Assembly (NCBI GenBank): GCA_963713975.1
Contig: OY970218.1
Coordinates: forward strand, 1,184,001-1,248,000
DNA: 64,000 nt
Reading direction: 5' to 3'
Origin: an uncultured Chloroflexia bacterium
Lineage (GTDB): Bacteria; Chloroflexota; Limnocylindria; Limnocylindrales; CSP1-4
Shown here one piece after another: positions 39,386-48,161 of this stretch. A program made the position numbers and the translations under genes. Under the pieces are notes generated by a model, which saw only the letters and a program-made list of their open reading frames with translations, had not been told where the DNA came from and did no database searches. Each line of letters begins with the position of its first letter. The first letter of the stretch is position 1.

Positions 39386-40297
39386 CTAGCTGTTGGACTC
39401 GAGTGCCTCCTCGAGAACTGGCCGCTGGAAGTCGTACCCAGCGGCCAGCGCCTTCGCCGGCCAGACACGTCGGCTCCCCAGTGCCAACGTGGCCTGATCC
39501 CGAAGCAGTAGCCGCACAATCCATGCAGGCGTGCGGAACTGAGCCGGACGATGCAACGCCGCCGCCAGCGCGCGTGCGTAGGCCACCTGAGGCCGCGGGT
39601 CTGGTGCTGACACGTTGAGGGGTCCGTTGATCGATCCCGACTCGATCGCAAGCAGGTAGAGACCCACCGCGTCGACGAGATCGACCCAACTCACCCACTG
39701 GCGTCCTGACCCGATCCGCCCGCCGACGAGCAGCCGGTAGGGCAGCGAGATGACGCGAAGGTAGGGCGCGTCGTGGGCGATAACGGAACTTGTGCGGAGA
39801 AACACGACGCGTACGCCGAGAGCCTCCGCCTCGGCGGCCTCGGCCTCCCAGTCAAGGCAGAGCGTTGCGAGGAACGACCGGCCGGGTGGGGTGTCCTCAC
39901 CCGCCGGTGTCTCGTCCCGGCCCTCGTACACATCGGTCCCGGACGCATTGAGAAGGACTCGGGGCCGCGCGTGGTCCGGCAACCCAGCGAGGACTCCGAC
40001 GATGGTCCGCGTGGCCGACAAACGACTGTCGCGCAAGACCTGCTTCCGCCGTGACGTCCATGGCCAACGCCCGATGGACGCTCCGGCGAGGTTGACGATC
40101 GCGTCCGCACGTGCGATCTCTGCCGTCCACGCGCCGCGGTTCGGTGGGTCCCAGACAACCGCACGGACTCCCGGCAACGGCGTCGCCGGTTCGGTCGTGC
40201 CGCGCGTGAGGATGACGACTTCGTGGCCGGCCGTGGAGAGAGCGCTGGAGAGGGCGCGGCCGATCAGGCCAGAGCCTCCGGCGATCACGACCTTCAT
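39386..40297 (-). CDS. TIGR01777-family NAD-dependent epimerase
   Basis: IAGGSGLIG, VNLAG, GSGRQWVSWV, GPLN and P.KAL..GYDF motifs. Confidence 0.92.
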   Translation of the reverse strand: MKVVIAGGSGLIGRALSSALSTAGHEVVILTRGTTEPATPLPGVRAVVWDPPNRGAWTAEIARADAIVNLAGASIGRWPWTSRRKQVLRDSRLSATRTIVGVLAGLPDHARPRVLLNASGTDVYEGRDETPAGEDTPPGRSFLATLCLDWEAEAAEAEALGVRVVFLRTSSVIAHDAPYLRVISLPYRLLVGGRIGSGRQWVSWVDLVDAVGLYLLAIESGSINGPLNVSAPDPRPQVAYARALAAALHRPAQFRTPAWIVRLLLRDQATLALGSRRVWPAKALAAGYDFQRPVLEEALESNS

Positions 40298-40301
40298 CCA
40301 G

Positions 40302-41207
40302 TCAGGCTCGGAATGCCACGACGGCAAGCAGGACCGCCATCGAGTTGAGGGCGCCGTGGGTTCGCACCATCGTGTCGAGGTCAACGAACGACTGCCCGGT
40401 CAAGATCGCCAGTGACCAGGCGATGCCCATATGCACCCCGACGAGCAGTGCCATGCCGGCGGTGCGCGATAGCCAGTCCGCTCGCACTTCGATATGTCGG
40501 CTCAGGAGTGCGATCCCGACGCCGATCCCGGAGGACCCGACGATGAGGGCTCCGACTGCGTTGATCGGGTTGCTCGAGAGGATGAAACCGAGCGCCGTGA
40601 GCGGGATCCCGATGATGAGCCCGAGCACCGACACGCGTAGCCACGGACGGGACGCGGCGAGAAGGCTGGCGACGGCGAGCAGTCCGAACCCGGCGAAGTG
40701 GAAGTGGGTCGCAGTCAGCAGGACGATCACCGGCGAGAAGCCAGTATCGACTCCCAGGCGGTCCATCAGGGCAAACGTGGCACCCACGCTCCAGAACCCG
40801 AGAGCGACGTCGATCCCGAGGTCTGGGAGGTGGCGCGGGAGAAGGATCGACGGCACATGCACTAGGCCATGCCGGATCGCCGCCGCCGTGCCAATCAGTG
40901 CGAGACCCAACCATGGAAGCGCGAATGCTGCGGCCAGCGGCCCTGGGGTCAGTGAGAACGCGATCACGAGAGGCAACGCCGCGATGAGCGACCCCCATCG
41001 ACCGATGCTGCCGATCCACGGTCGCGCCGGCAGCAGCGGGACCAGACGCGGCAGGACAACGAGCGGCGCAAGGAGCAGGATGCGGGCCGCCAGCGGAGCC
41101 GGTGCCAGCACGAGGGCCGCGAGCCAGGTTGCCAGCCCCAGCAGGAGCGGCAGCGAATTCTTGGGTGCCAGCGTCGGCGTCACGGGATCCGCGTCTGGAT
41201 GGAGCAT
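40302..41207 (-). CDS. YndJ family membrane protein
   Basis: IVLLTATHFHFAGF and MVRTHGALN motifs. Confidence 0.85.
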   Translation of the reverse strand: MLHPDADPVTPTLAPKNSLPLLLGLATWLAALVLAPAPLAARILLLAPLVVLPRLVPLLPARPWIGSIGRWGSLIAALPLVIAFSLTPGPLAAAFALPWLGLALIGTAAAIRHGLVHVPSILLPRHLPDLGIDVALGFWSVGATFALMDRLGVDTGFSPVIVLLTATHFHFAGFGLLAVASLLAASRPWLRVSVLGLIIGIPLTALGFILSSNPINAVGALIVGSSGIGVGIALLSRHIEVRADWLSRTAGMALLVGVHMGIAWSLAILTGQSFVDLDTMVRTHGALNSMAVLLAVVAFRA

Positions 41208-41581
41208 GCGTCCTCACCCAGGAGACGACTGATCCGATGGCGATTGCCGGCAACCCGGGCATAGGTCCACTCCACGAACCGAGCCACGACTGGGTTGCGG
41301 GCAACGATTGCGATGGGTCGAAGCAGCGGAATCTCCTCCGCGATCCTGGTGCAAGCGGCGCCGGCCGAGGTCCAACGGCCTTCCGGATCCCGGACATGCA
41401 TCGCGTCGAGAAGCAACTCGACAGGCGGCGCATCCGCGATCTGGCTGCCTGCCTGGAGCGGGAGGAGTCGCAGATGCCGCGCCCTGTCGAGGCGGCGCAG
41501 CAGCCTCGCGGAACGACTGCATATCCCGCAGTCAGCGTCGTACAGGACGAGGAGTCGTCGGTCGGCAGGCATCGTGGTCAC
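41180..41581 (-). CDS. DCC1-like thiol-disulfide oxidoreductase (DUF393)
   Basis: YDADCGIC and YARVAGNRH motifs. Confidence 0.88.
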   Translation of the reverse strand: MTTMPADRRLLVLYDADCGICSRSARLLRRLDRARHLRLLPLQAGSQIADAPPVELLLDAMHVRDPEGRWTSAGAACTRIAEEIPLLRPIAIVARNPVVARFVEWTYARVAGNRHRISRLLGEDACSIQTRIP

Positions 41582-42030
41582 CGGGTCTCAGCGGCTTGCT
41601 TGAGCGCCTCGTTACGGATGACCAGGAGGGACCGCATGTATCGGCCGAGCACGCCCCGATCCACCAGCCGGCCGAGTGGACCAAGTGGCGACCGGTGTTC
41701 CCAGTGGTCGTGCATCCTCGTCAGGCCGCCGTGCGCCTCAAAGCGATGCTCGTGACGGAACCAGGCGAACGGCCCGCGCTCCTGGACATCCTCGAAGCGC
41801 ATGGGCGCCTCGACCGCCGTGATCCGGCTGGTCAACGACCACCAAAGCCCGAAGTGGCGGGCGCGCCACGTGACCATGTCGCCGACCTCGACCCGGCCGG
41901 TCGTCCGACCGGCGATTGCCTGTTCACCGGTGTGCGCCATCGATGACGCGTGAAGGTCGAGATCCCGGGCAAGGTCGAAGACGCGCTCGATGGGCGCGTC
42001 GATGTCCGTCGTGAGGTCGATGACGGTCAT
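41578..42030 (-). CDS. SRPBCC/START-domain protein
   Basis: IDAPIERVFD, VTWRARHFG and GPFAWFRHEHRF motifs. Confidence 0.88.
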   Translation of the reverse strand: MTVIDLTTDIDAPIERVFDLARDLDLHASSMAHTGEQAIAGRTTGRVEVGDMVTWRARHFGLWWSLTSRITAVEAPMRFEDVQERGPFAWFRHEHRFEAHGGLTRMHDHWEHRSPLGPLGRLVDRGVLGRYMRSLLVIRNEALKQAAETR

Positions 42031-42956
42031 GCCCGACACCAGCGGAGGTCGCGGCAGCCGAAGGCACCGGCTTTCGGCAGCCCGGCGCGAATGACGTCGG
42101 CGGAGAACGGCGTCTGCGGCATGAGGTCGGTCGGTGGCTCCGGCGCCGGCGGTGATGTCTCGACCACCCCCTCGGCGAGGATGTGAACCTGCGCGAGGGA
42201 GATCAGCGGCACATCCATCACGGCCTCGCAGACCCTCGCCAGGGCGAGGTGGGCAAGGATCGGGAGTCGCACATAGACGGGACGGCGCCCGATCGTGTCG
42301 GCGACTCGACGGACGGCATCCTCGAGTCGCATCTCCTCGGGTCCCAGGACAGCGATCGTCTGGTTCCGCAGGCGTTCGTCGCCCGTGGCCGCTGCTTCGA
42401 GGATCCGCGCGACATCATCGACCGCCACGGGTCGGACCGGCTGCTCGTGCATCCCGACGAGGCCGAAGACCGGGAACGTGTAGAGGGCGTGGCTGAGGTG
42501 GTCGAGCATGTGGTCGCCACGACCATGGATGACGCCGGCCTTCAACACTGTGTAGGGGATACCGCTCTCGCGGATCAGAGCCTCGGCCGTCCACTTGGTC
42601 CGGTGGTACGCGGTGGGCCCGTCGGGACGGGCGCGAAGGAAACTCAGGACGCTGATGTGTCGGACTCCAGCGGAGCGCGAAGCCTCGATGAGCGCCTGAG
42701 TCCCGCGGACATGGACCGTGTCGAACGTCTGGGGGCCGATCTCACGGTTGATCCCGGCGCAATGGACGACGGCGCTGCAGCCGTTCAAGGCGTCACGAAG
42801 CGCGGCGGGGTCGGGCCAGCCGAGGTCGGTTCCCGTTCGACGGGAGAGGGAGAGAACCTCGTGACCGGCGAGTTCCAGGCGTCGGACAACCTGTCGGCCA
42901 ACGAAGCCGGTTGCCCCGGTCACCGCGATCCGCTTCGACTTCTCGTCGACGCTCAT
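42027..42956 (-). CDS. NAD-dependent epimerase/dehydratase
   Basis: VTGATGFVG, VHCAGI and YHRTKW motifs. Confidence 0.9.
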   Translation of the reverse strand: MSVDEKSKRIAVTGATGFVGRQVVRRLELAGHEVLSLSRRTGTDLGWPDPAALRDALNGCSAVVHCAGINREIGPQTFDTVHVRGTQALIEASRSAGVRHISVLSFLRARPDGPTAYHRTKWTAEALIRESGIPYTVLKAGVIHGRGDHMLDHLSHALYTFPVFGLVGMHEQPVRPVAVDDVARILEAAATGDERLRNQTIAVLGPEEMRLEDAVRRVADTIGRRPVYVRLPILAHLALARVCEAVMDVPLISLAQVHILAEGVVETSPPAPEPPTDLMPQTPFSADVIRAGLPKAGAFGCRDLRWCRA

Positions 42957-43120
42957 GCCATCCCAACGTGCTACTGGTGGAGCGCAAGTATCTGCCTGAG
43001 AACTAGCTACTGTCAAGTGGCATGTTTGGCTTGGGGCTTGGCCGGAGAGCCATATGTGTGCTGCCCGTCAAGGCGCGAGTCGCTCGCCGACCGAGGCGCA
43101 GGCGACCCGGTGGCCGCCTT

Positions 43121-44335
43121 TCAGCGAATGCCGTGCGCGTTCGCCCAGGCGTACGGTCCGGACACGATCGAGGCGCCGACCCGGGAGATGGCGCCGATGT
43201 CCATCGCGGCTACGGCGGCGAGCCCATCGACCTGCCCCTCGTCGAGCAGCCTCGCTGCCCCCGTCCACCCGGTGGGGCGTGTGTGCTGCTTGTTCGCACC
43301 CACGAGGAGTGCCGCCCACGCGAGGGCTGCCTGACGGAAAGGATCGCCTGGCGCGGCGGCTTCCATGTCGCGGACTCGGCACCGGTTGAAGAGCGCGTCC
43401 GCGATGGCGATCAGCCGCTCGACCGTCAGACCCTCGACGAGCCCCCTCGTCAGCGCAGCAATATTCGGATCCCGGCTCAAGAGGACGCCCGCCGAGGTCG
43501 GGGAGCCAGGCCGCAAGATCTCGGGCCAGCCGGGAGCGCCGCCAGGCGTCGTCGGTCGAGAGCGGGGTCGCGGCTCCAGAGTCCGCGCCGTGGCTGCGGG
43601 TGGGTCGGCTGAGAGCCCCTTGTCCACGTCGAGCCTGCCGTCCGGAGCTGGGTCGCCGTGCCCGATCGGCGCGTCCGCGAGACGCCAGAACTCGTCCCAG
43701 ATCGAGCCGTAGCGCTCGCGGTAGTACGCGGCGGCGCTCGCGAGCATCCCGGCGTCGCCGCTGACGTCGATCCACGCCGCAGGCTTCTTGGGCACGTAGA
43801 AGACGTTGAGCGGGTGGACGTTCCGCACAAACCGCCAGGCCGCGGTCTGCCTCGCCCAGTCCGCCCAGGCGACGTCGCGGTTCTTGACGCCGAGGATGTG
43901 CGCGACGTACCAGCCCTTGGCGTTCAGGGTCTCTCGGCCATTCGGCGCCTTGAACATGTGGAACGGCGTCGCGGCGATGTACGAGGCAAACACCGCGGGG
44001 TCGAGCAGGTCGTTGTAGAGCACCGCGTGCCACCACCAGGCCGGGGAGTTGTCGCCGGGGATGAGCCTGCTGCCATCGCGGGCCGTGACCGGGACTCCGC
44101 GCTCCAGCCCTGCGACGGCACGGACGAGGTGCAGCGTGTCAGGCCGGCCGAGGTAGCCGACGAGCGCCCGATGGAACGCCTCGACCACGCGGACATCGGG
44201 GAGGAGTGGCTCGAGGTGGCGCTCGATGTACTGCGACCTCGCGCCGTGGAAAGCGGACGGAGCGAACGGGATCGGCCGCCTCGACAGGTCGTCACGGGAT
44301 GTGCCGGCGGGTCCCGAACCGTTTGCGCTCGCCAT
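43121..44335 (-). CDS. Hypothetical protein with HNH-like nuclease motif
   Basis: DN.PAW and GWYVAHI..V...HPLNVFYVPK motifs. TGATG coupling to the upstream GNAT. Confidence 0.5.
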   Translation of the reverse strand: MASANGSGPAGTSRDDLSRRPIPFAPSAFHGARSQYIERHLEPLLPDVRVVEAFHRALVGYLGRPDTLHLVRAVAGLERGVPVTARDGSRLIPGDNSPAWWWHAVLYNDLLDPAVFASYIAATPFHMFKAPNGRETLNAKGWYVAHILGVKNRDVAWADWARQTAAWRFVRNVHPLNVFYVPKKPAAWIDVSGDAGMLASAAAYYRERYGSIWDEFWRLADAPIGHGDPAPDGRLDVDKGLSADPPAATARTLEPRPRSRPTTPGGAPGWPEILRPGSPTSAGVLLSRDPNIAALTRGLVEGLTVERLIAIADALFNRCRVRDMEAAAPGDPFRQAALAWAALLVGANKQHTRPTGWTGAARLLDEGQVDGLAAVAAMDIGAISRVGASIVSGPYAWANAHGIR

Positions 44336-44855
44336 CACGGCTGCGGCCCACAAGCCGGACACACGCCGGCAGTCGCGACGATCTTGGCCTCAGCGTCGGG
44401 ATCGCTCCGGCGACGCCGACTGCGCATGAAGATGTAGCCGAGGGGCGTCATCGTCCGATGAGCAAGGGACGCGGCCGACCCCGCCTCCATGTCGATGCCA
44501 GGGCCTCGAGGGCGGCGTACAGGGCGGTGCCAAAGCCCCGGCCCTGTCGAGCGGGGTCGATGGCCACATCGATCGAGACGGGATGGTCCGGGCCGATGGA
44601 TCCGACGATCGCGCCACCGAGGACCCGGCCACGATCATCCCTGAGCACCCACCAGTCTTCGCGCTCCTGGGTGACGCCCGGCTTGCCCTTGCCGTACTCC
44701 TTGAACTTCGGGAACAACGGCTCGTCGTCGTTGTCCGGGATTAGGCGCTCGGCGATGACGGCCGGGAGGGGTGCAATTGGCCGCTCGGCGTCATGTGTCG
44801 AGCGGCCGCGTGAGTGACCTCGTTCCCGGACGATCGCGGCGCGGAGTCGATCCAT
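44335..44855 (-). pseudogene. GNAT acetyltransferase, frameshifted near 44500
   Basis: DVAIDPARQGRGFGTALY acetyl-CoA motif. The alternative frame continues GIDMEAGS..MTPLGY to a TGA overlapping the next ATG. Confidence 0.65.
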
Positions 44856-44864
44856 GGTCGGGAC

Positions 44865-45272
44865 CTATTGCACGCCAGCGCGTTCCATGATCTCGACGAT
44901 GTGGTGCAGGCCACGTTCTTCGAGCGCCTGACGGAACTGCGGCCACGGCGGCCGGTTGCTTCTGTAGGCGTTGGGTCCCGTTGAGAGTCCGCCGCCCGGT
45001 CCGGTCGAGAGACCACCGCGAGGCCCCGTTGAGAGACCACCGCCCGGCCCGGTCGAGAGGCCCCCGCCTGGACCTGTCGAGAGGCCGCCTCCGGGCCCCG
45101 TTGAGAGCCCGCCCCCCGGTCCAGTCGACATGCCGCCTCCGGGCCCCGTCGAGAGCCCGCCGCCCGGTCCGGTCGATGCACCGCCGCCCGGGCCCGTAGA
45201 GAGCCCGCCCCCCGGGCCTGTCGAGAGTCCGCCACCAGGACCGGTGCTGCGATTGCGCGGCCACGTCGCCAT
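44865..45272 (-). CDS. Gly-rich repeat protein, (STGPGGGL)x11
   Basis: MATWPRNR, then 11 octapeptide repeats with varied codons, then YRSNRPPW. Confidence 0.75.
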   Translation of the reverse strand: MATWPRNRSTGPGGGLSTGPGGGLSTGPGGGASTGPGGGLSTGPGGGMSTGPGGGLSTGPGGGLSTGPGGGLSTGPGGGLSTGPRGGLSTGPGGGLSTGPNAYRSNRPPWPQFRQALEERGLHHIVEIMERAGVQ

Positions 45273-45335
45273 GAGTACCCCCGTCATCGCTAGGGCAGTT
45301 CGCCCCGTCACGTCCATTGTCGCTCCGCGCGACCT

Positions 45336-46337
45336 CTACCAGAGGTGCGTACGCGCCAGGGCCGAGGCGGCTTTGAGTGAGCCCGGGATCGGAACGGCAC
45401 TCGCGCAGGCCGCGAGGTTCGCGGCGCCAGTGTGGTGCGCGAGGTAGATCTCAACGGTCACGAGGGTCGCGGCGACGATGTCGCACAGCGCGGCATGGAA
45501 GTCCGCGGCGTCCTCGGCCGAGAGTGCGCCCGAGAGGAACGCGTCGCCCTCCTTGTAGTTCGAGCGGATCCGCAACCGCCAGAGCAGGTCGAACAGGGTC
45601 GTTGGCCGCATCTTCGTCGCGTTCGCGGTCAGCGCCGCGGTCGCCAGCGTCTTGCGCTTCGTGCCGGACTTGGTCGGCGGCTGCGCGCGGATCCACCCGT
45701 CGCGGCTGTCCGCGATCTGATCGCGCCTCGTCGTCCTGAGGGCCATCGCCAGCAGCGATGGTGCCGTCGCGGCTGTGACCGCCTTCAGGTTGCTGATCTT
45801 GAGGTCGAGCGGGTCGGGACCGAAGTCCTGATAGGTCCAGGCGCTCGGCGGCCCGCCGACCCTGGCCGTCCACGGCACGACGAACGGGGTCCTCGTTCCT
45901 GCCGCCGCTGTCGCGGCCCACGTCAGCAGTTTCGCGTGCGTCAGCGGCGGGTTGGGCGTGACGACGTGCGTCAGGGCGGTGATCGCGTTGAAGACCGCGT
46001 AGTACGCCTGCACCGGCGCCCACAGGTTCGCGAAGGACACCAGATCGCCCCCGCCGAGGGTCCGCGGGGCGTTGAGCAGGACCTCGGTCGCCCAGGCGTT
46101 CCGCAGGACCTCGCCGGCGCGGGCCGAGAGCACCTTCGTGCGCGGCGGGTCCGACCGCCACGGCTTCGACTTCACGGACTGCGCCACGCCAGCGACCATC
46201 CCGTCCGGATGCGGGTGGAGGGCGGTCGCCCACACGCAGACGGCCTCGAGGTAGCCGCGGAACGTGTGGAACGTCATCTCCTCGTCCGAGCCGGTTGGGA
46301 TCCGGATCGAACTCAAATTGATCGTCACGATGGGCAT
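45336..46337 (-). CDS. HEPN-like protein
   Basis: [11 protein letters not shown] and [10 protein letters not shown] motifs. Leaderless TACCCT-N6-ATG. Confidence 0.5.
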   Translation of the reverse strand: MPIVTINLSSIRIPTGSDEEMTFHTFRGYLEAVCVWATALHPHPDGMVAGVAQSVKSKPWRSDPPRTKVLSARAGEVLRNAWATEVLLNAPRTLGGGDLVSFANLWAPVQAYYAVFNAITALTHVVTPNPPLTHAKLLTWAATAAAGTRTPFVVPWTARVGGPPSAWTYQDFGPDPLDLKISNLKAVTAATAPSLLAMALRTTRRDQIADSRDGWIRAQPPTKSGTKRKTLATAALTANATKMRPTTLFDLLWRLRIRSNYKEGDAFLSGALSAEDAADFHAALCDIVAATLVTVEIYLAHHTGAANLAACASAVPIPGSLKAASALARTHLW

Positions 46338-46804
46338 GACCGCAGGGTAGAACGGAACTGGGTGACAAACATCGATCCGCCCGTCATCAGGGTGGGCATT
46401 GTGGTTGTAGGAGAGTGGGTCCTAGCCGCGGGATAGCCCATTCGGCCGGTCCTTGCGAGCGCAATTACCACGCATTTCACATGCCCCCCCGGCTCGCCCT
46501 ACGGATGGTTGTGGACGAGTGCGCGCCGTAGTGGGAGCGGCGCGGGTCGGCGCGATGGCCAGATGTCGAGAACCGGCCGGAGGCCAGCATGCGGGCATGA
46601 TCAGATCGAGCCGACGGAGGGAGACCGTCGGGGCGGGCTGTCCAGATCTCGTGGCCGCCGGCGATCAGTCCTCATCGCCGCCAACGTCCGGCTTCGTGTC
46701 CGCCTGCGTCCAGATTCCTATGGCCGCCGTCAGACATTCAGAACCGAGTCCCTTGACACCATGACGCCGGAAGAGCTACTCGGCCGGACCGTACACAATC
46801 CGGC

Positions 46805-46833
46805 TTGACTAGCGTCCACAGGCAGCGCAGCAT
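46805..46833 (+). promoter_or_regulatory. Putative sigma70 leaderless promoter of the Phd/T4SS/Tad operon
   Basis: TTGACT-N17-CAGCAT-N6-ATG(46840). Confidence 0.45.
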
Positions 46834-46839
46834 GCCGCC

Positions 46840-47148
46840 ATGCAGAACGTCATCGGCATCCGAACCCTTCGCCGGCAGGTGAACGAGTCGCTCCTGCGCG
46901 TGGCGCGCGGCGAGACGATCGTCATCGCCCGGCACGGGCGTCCGGTCGCAATCATGCGGCCGATCACCGACGGCGACACGGGCCGGCGGGTATCGGTCAC
47001 GACGTTCCGCCGCAACCTGCGGCGGGCCCTGGTCGTGACGCGACGCCGGCCGATCGTGCTCACCTGGTATGGCGACGGGGCCGCGGTCATCGCGCCCGTG
47101 CCCCCGGAGCTTGAGATCGCGTACGACGACGAAGAGGAGCTGGAATGA
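46840..47148 (+). CDS. Tandem Phd/YefM antitoxin-domain protein
   Basis: IGIRTLRRQV..VARGETIVIARHGRPVAIMRP plus a second repeat. Confidence 0.8.
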   Translation: MQNVIGIRTLRRQVNESLLRVARGETIVIARHGRPVAIMRPITDGDTGRRVSVTTFRRNLRRALVVTRRRPIVLTWYGDGAAVIAPVPPELEIAYDDEEELE

Positions 47149-47744
47149 CGGCGGGCGGCATGATCCAGGCGCTCGGGATGCGCGAGGTCCGCGGCAACAT
47201 GCGCGCGGTCGTGGCCCGGGTCGAAGAGGGCGAGGCGCTCGTCGTCCTGCGCGACGGCCAGCCGAGTGCTGTCATGCTCGCCTTCGCGGAGGCGCAGCGC
47301 TGGCAGCAGATCGAGCGCGCCCTGTCCGCGTTCCACGGCCTCGAGATCTACCCGGAGCTCGCCCGCGACACGCCCGAGCTGGCCCGGATCGTTCGGCGCG
47401 AGACCCGGCCGTCGGGTGCCGCGGTGCGCCGGCTCGCTGACCAGTCGCGCGACATCCTTGCGCCGCTGCGGACGATGGGGATCACGGACGCCCGCACGAC
47501 GTTTGCAGCGATCCTCGACGAGATCGAGGCCGGGCGGACACTCACGATCGTGTCGTCGGGCCGGTTCGCCGCGACGCTCGTGGCCCCCCGGGAGTTCGAC
47601 CGTCTGCGAACGCTCGACCGCACCGTGAGCTGGTTCCGCGCGGCCGGCCTCGACCTCAGCATCGCCGACGAGGCCGCTGTCGGTGCCTTCGTCCGGGAGT
47701 TCGCGACTCGGTCGGCTGCCTCCGACGCCGCGGCGGCCGGGTAG
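47145..47744 (+). CDS. Tandem Phd/YefM antitoxin-domain protein
   Basis: GMREVRGNM..VEEGE..LRDGQP and GITDARTTF..IEAG..SSGRFAATLV repeats. Confidence 0.78.
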   Translation: MTAGGMIQALGMREVRGNMRAVVARVEEGEALVVLRDGQPSAVMLAFAEAQRWQQIERALSAFHGLEIYPELARDTPELARIVRRETRPSGAAVRRLADQSRDILAPLRTMGITDARTTFAAILDEIEAGRTLTIVSSGRFAATLVAPREFDRLRTLDRTVSWFRAAGLDLSIADEAAVGAFVREFATRSAASDAAAAG

Positions 47745-47752
47745 GGACGGCG

Positions 47753-48148
47753 ATGATGCGGCGGTTCCCGCGCCACGCGATGGTCGCCCGCCTGTGGGTC
47801 GCGGCCCCCTTCGTCGTCGTGCTCCTGTGGCTCGCCGCCGGGTCGACCGTCCTCGGCGCGGACAGCGTCCCGCGGGGCGCCAAGGAGGCGCTCGCGCCGG
47901 TGACGAAGATGATCGGGACCCTGGTCGCGATCGCGATCGGCTTGGGGATCGCGATCTGCGGCGCGGTGATCGTCTGGGGCGGGATCGAGAAGACGCTCGC
48001 GGGCGCGAACCAGGACGCCGAGCATCGCGCCTCGCGGCGGATCCAGAACGGGATCCACGGCCTCGTCTGGATGATCCTGGCGTCCGTCATCGTGTCCACG
48101 ATCACGGCGATCGCGGTCGCCTACGGGCTTATCAACACGCCCTTCTGA
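47753..48148 (+). CDS. VirB2/TrbC-like pilin
   Basis: Signal-like helix, TM helix, AEHRASRRIQNGIHGL, then a second TM helix. Confidence 0.6.
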   Translation: MMRRFPRHAMVARLWVAAPFVVVLLWLAAGSTVLGADSVPRGAKEALAPVTKMIGTLVAIAIGLGIAICGAVIVWGGIEKTLAGANQDAEHRASRRIQNGIHGLVWMILASVIVSTITAIAVAYGLINTPF

Positions 48149-48161
48149 GGTACCCCTGAGC

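Noticed and set aside
44970-45250. CRISPR-like or non-coding array
   Set aside because: The 24-nt units are contiguous, have no spacers and vary at synonymous positions, so this is a coding repeat.
44971-45447. Plus-strand PPPGPVES repeat ORF
   Set aside because: Likely the antisense shadow. The minus-strand ORF fits the orientation of neighbouring genes.
46340-46800. oriT or ncRNA in the long intergenic region
   Set aside because: I could not identify a convincing inverted repeat, nic motif or RNA structure by eye, and no relaxase is in the window.
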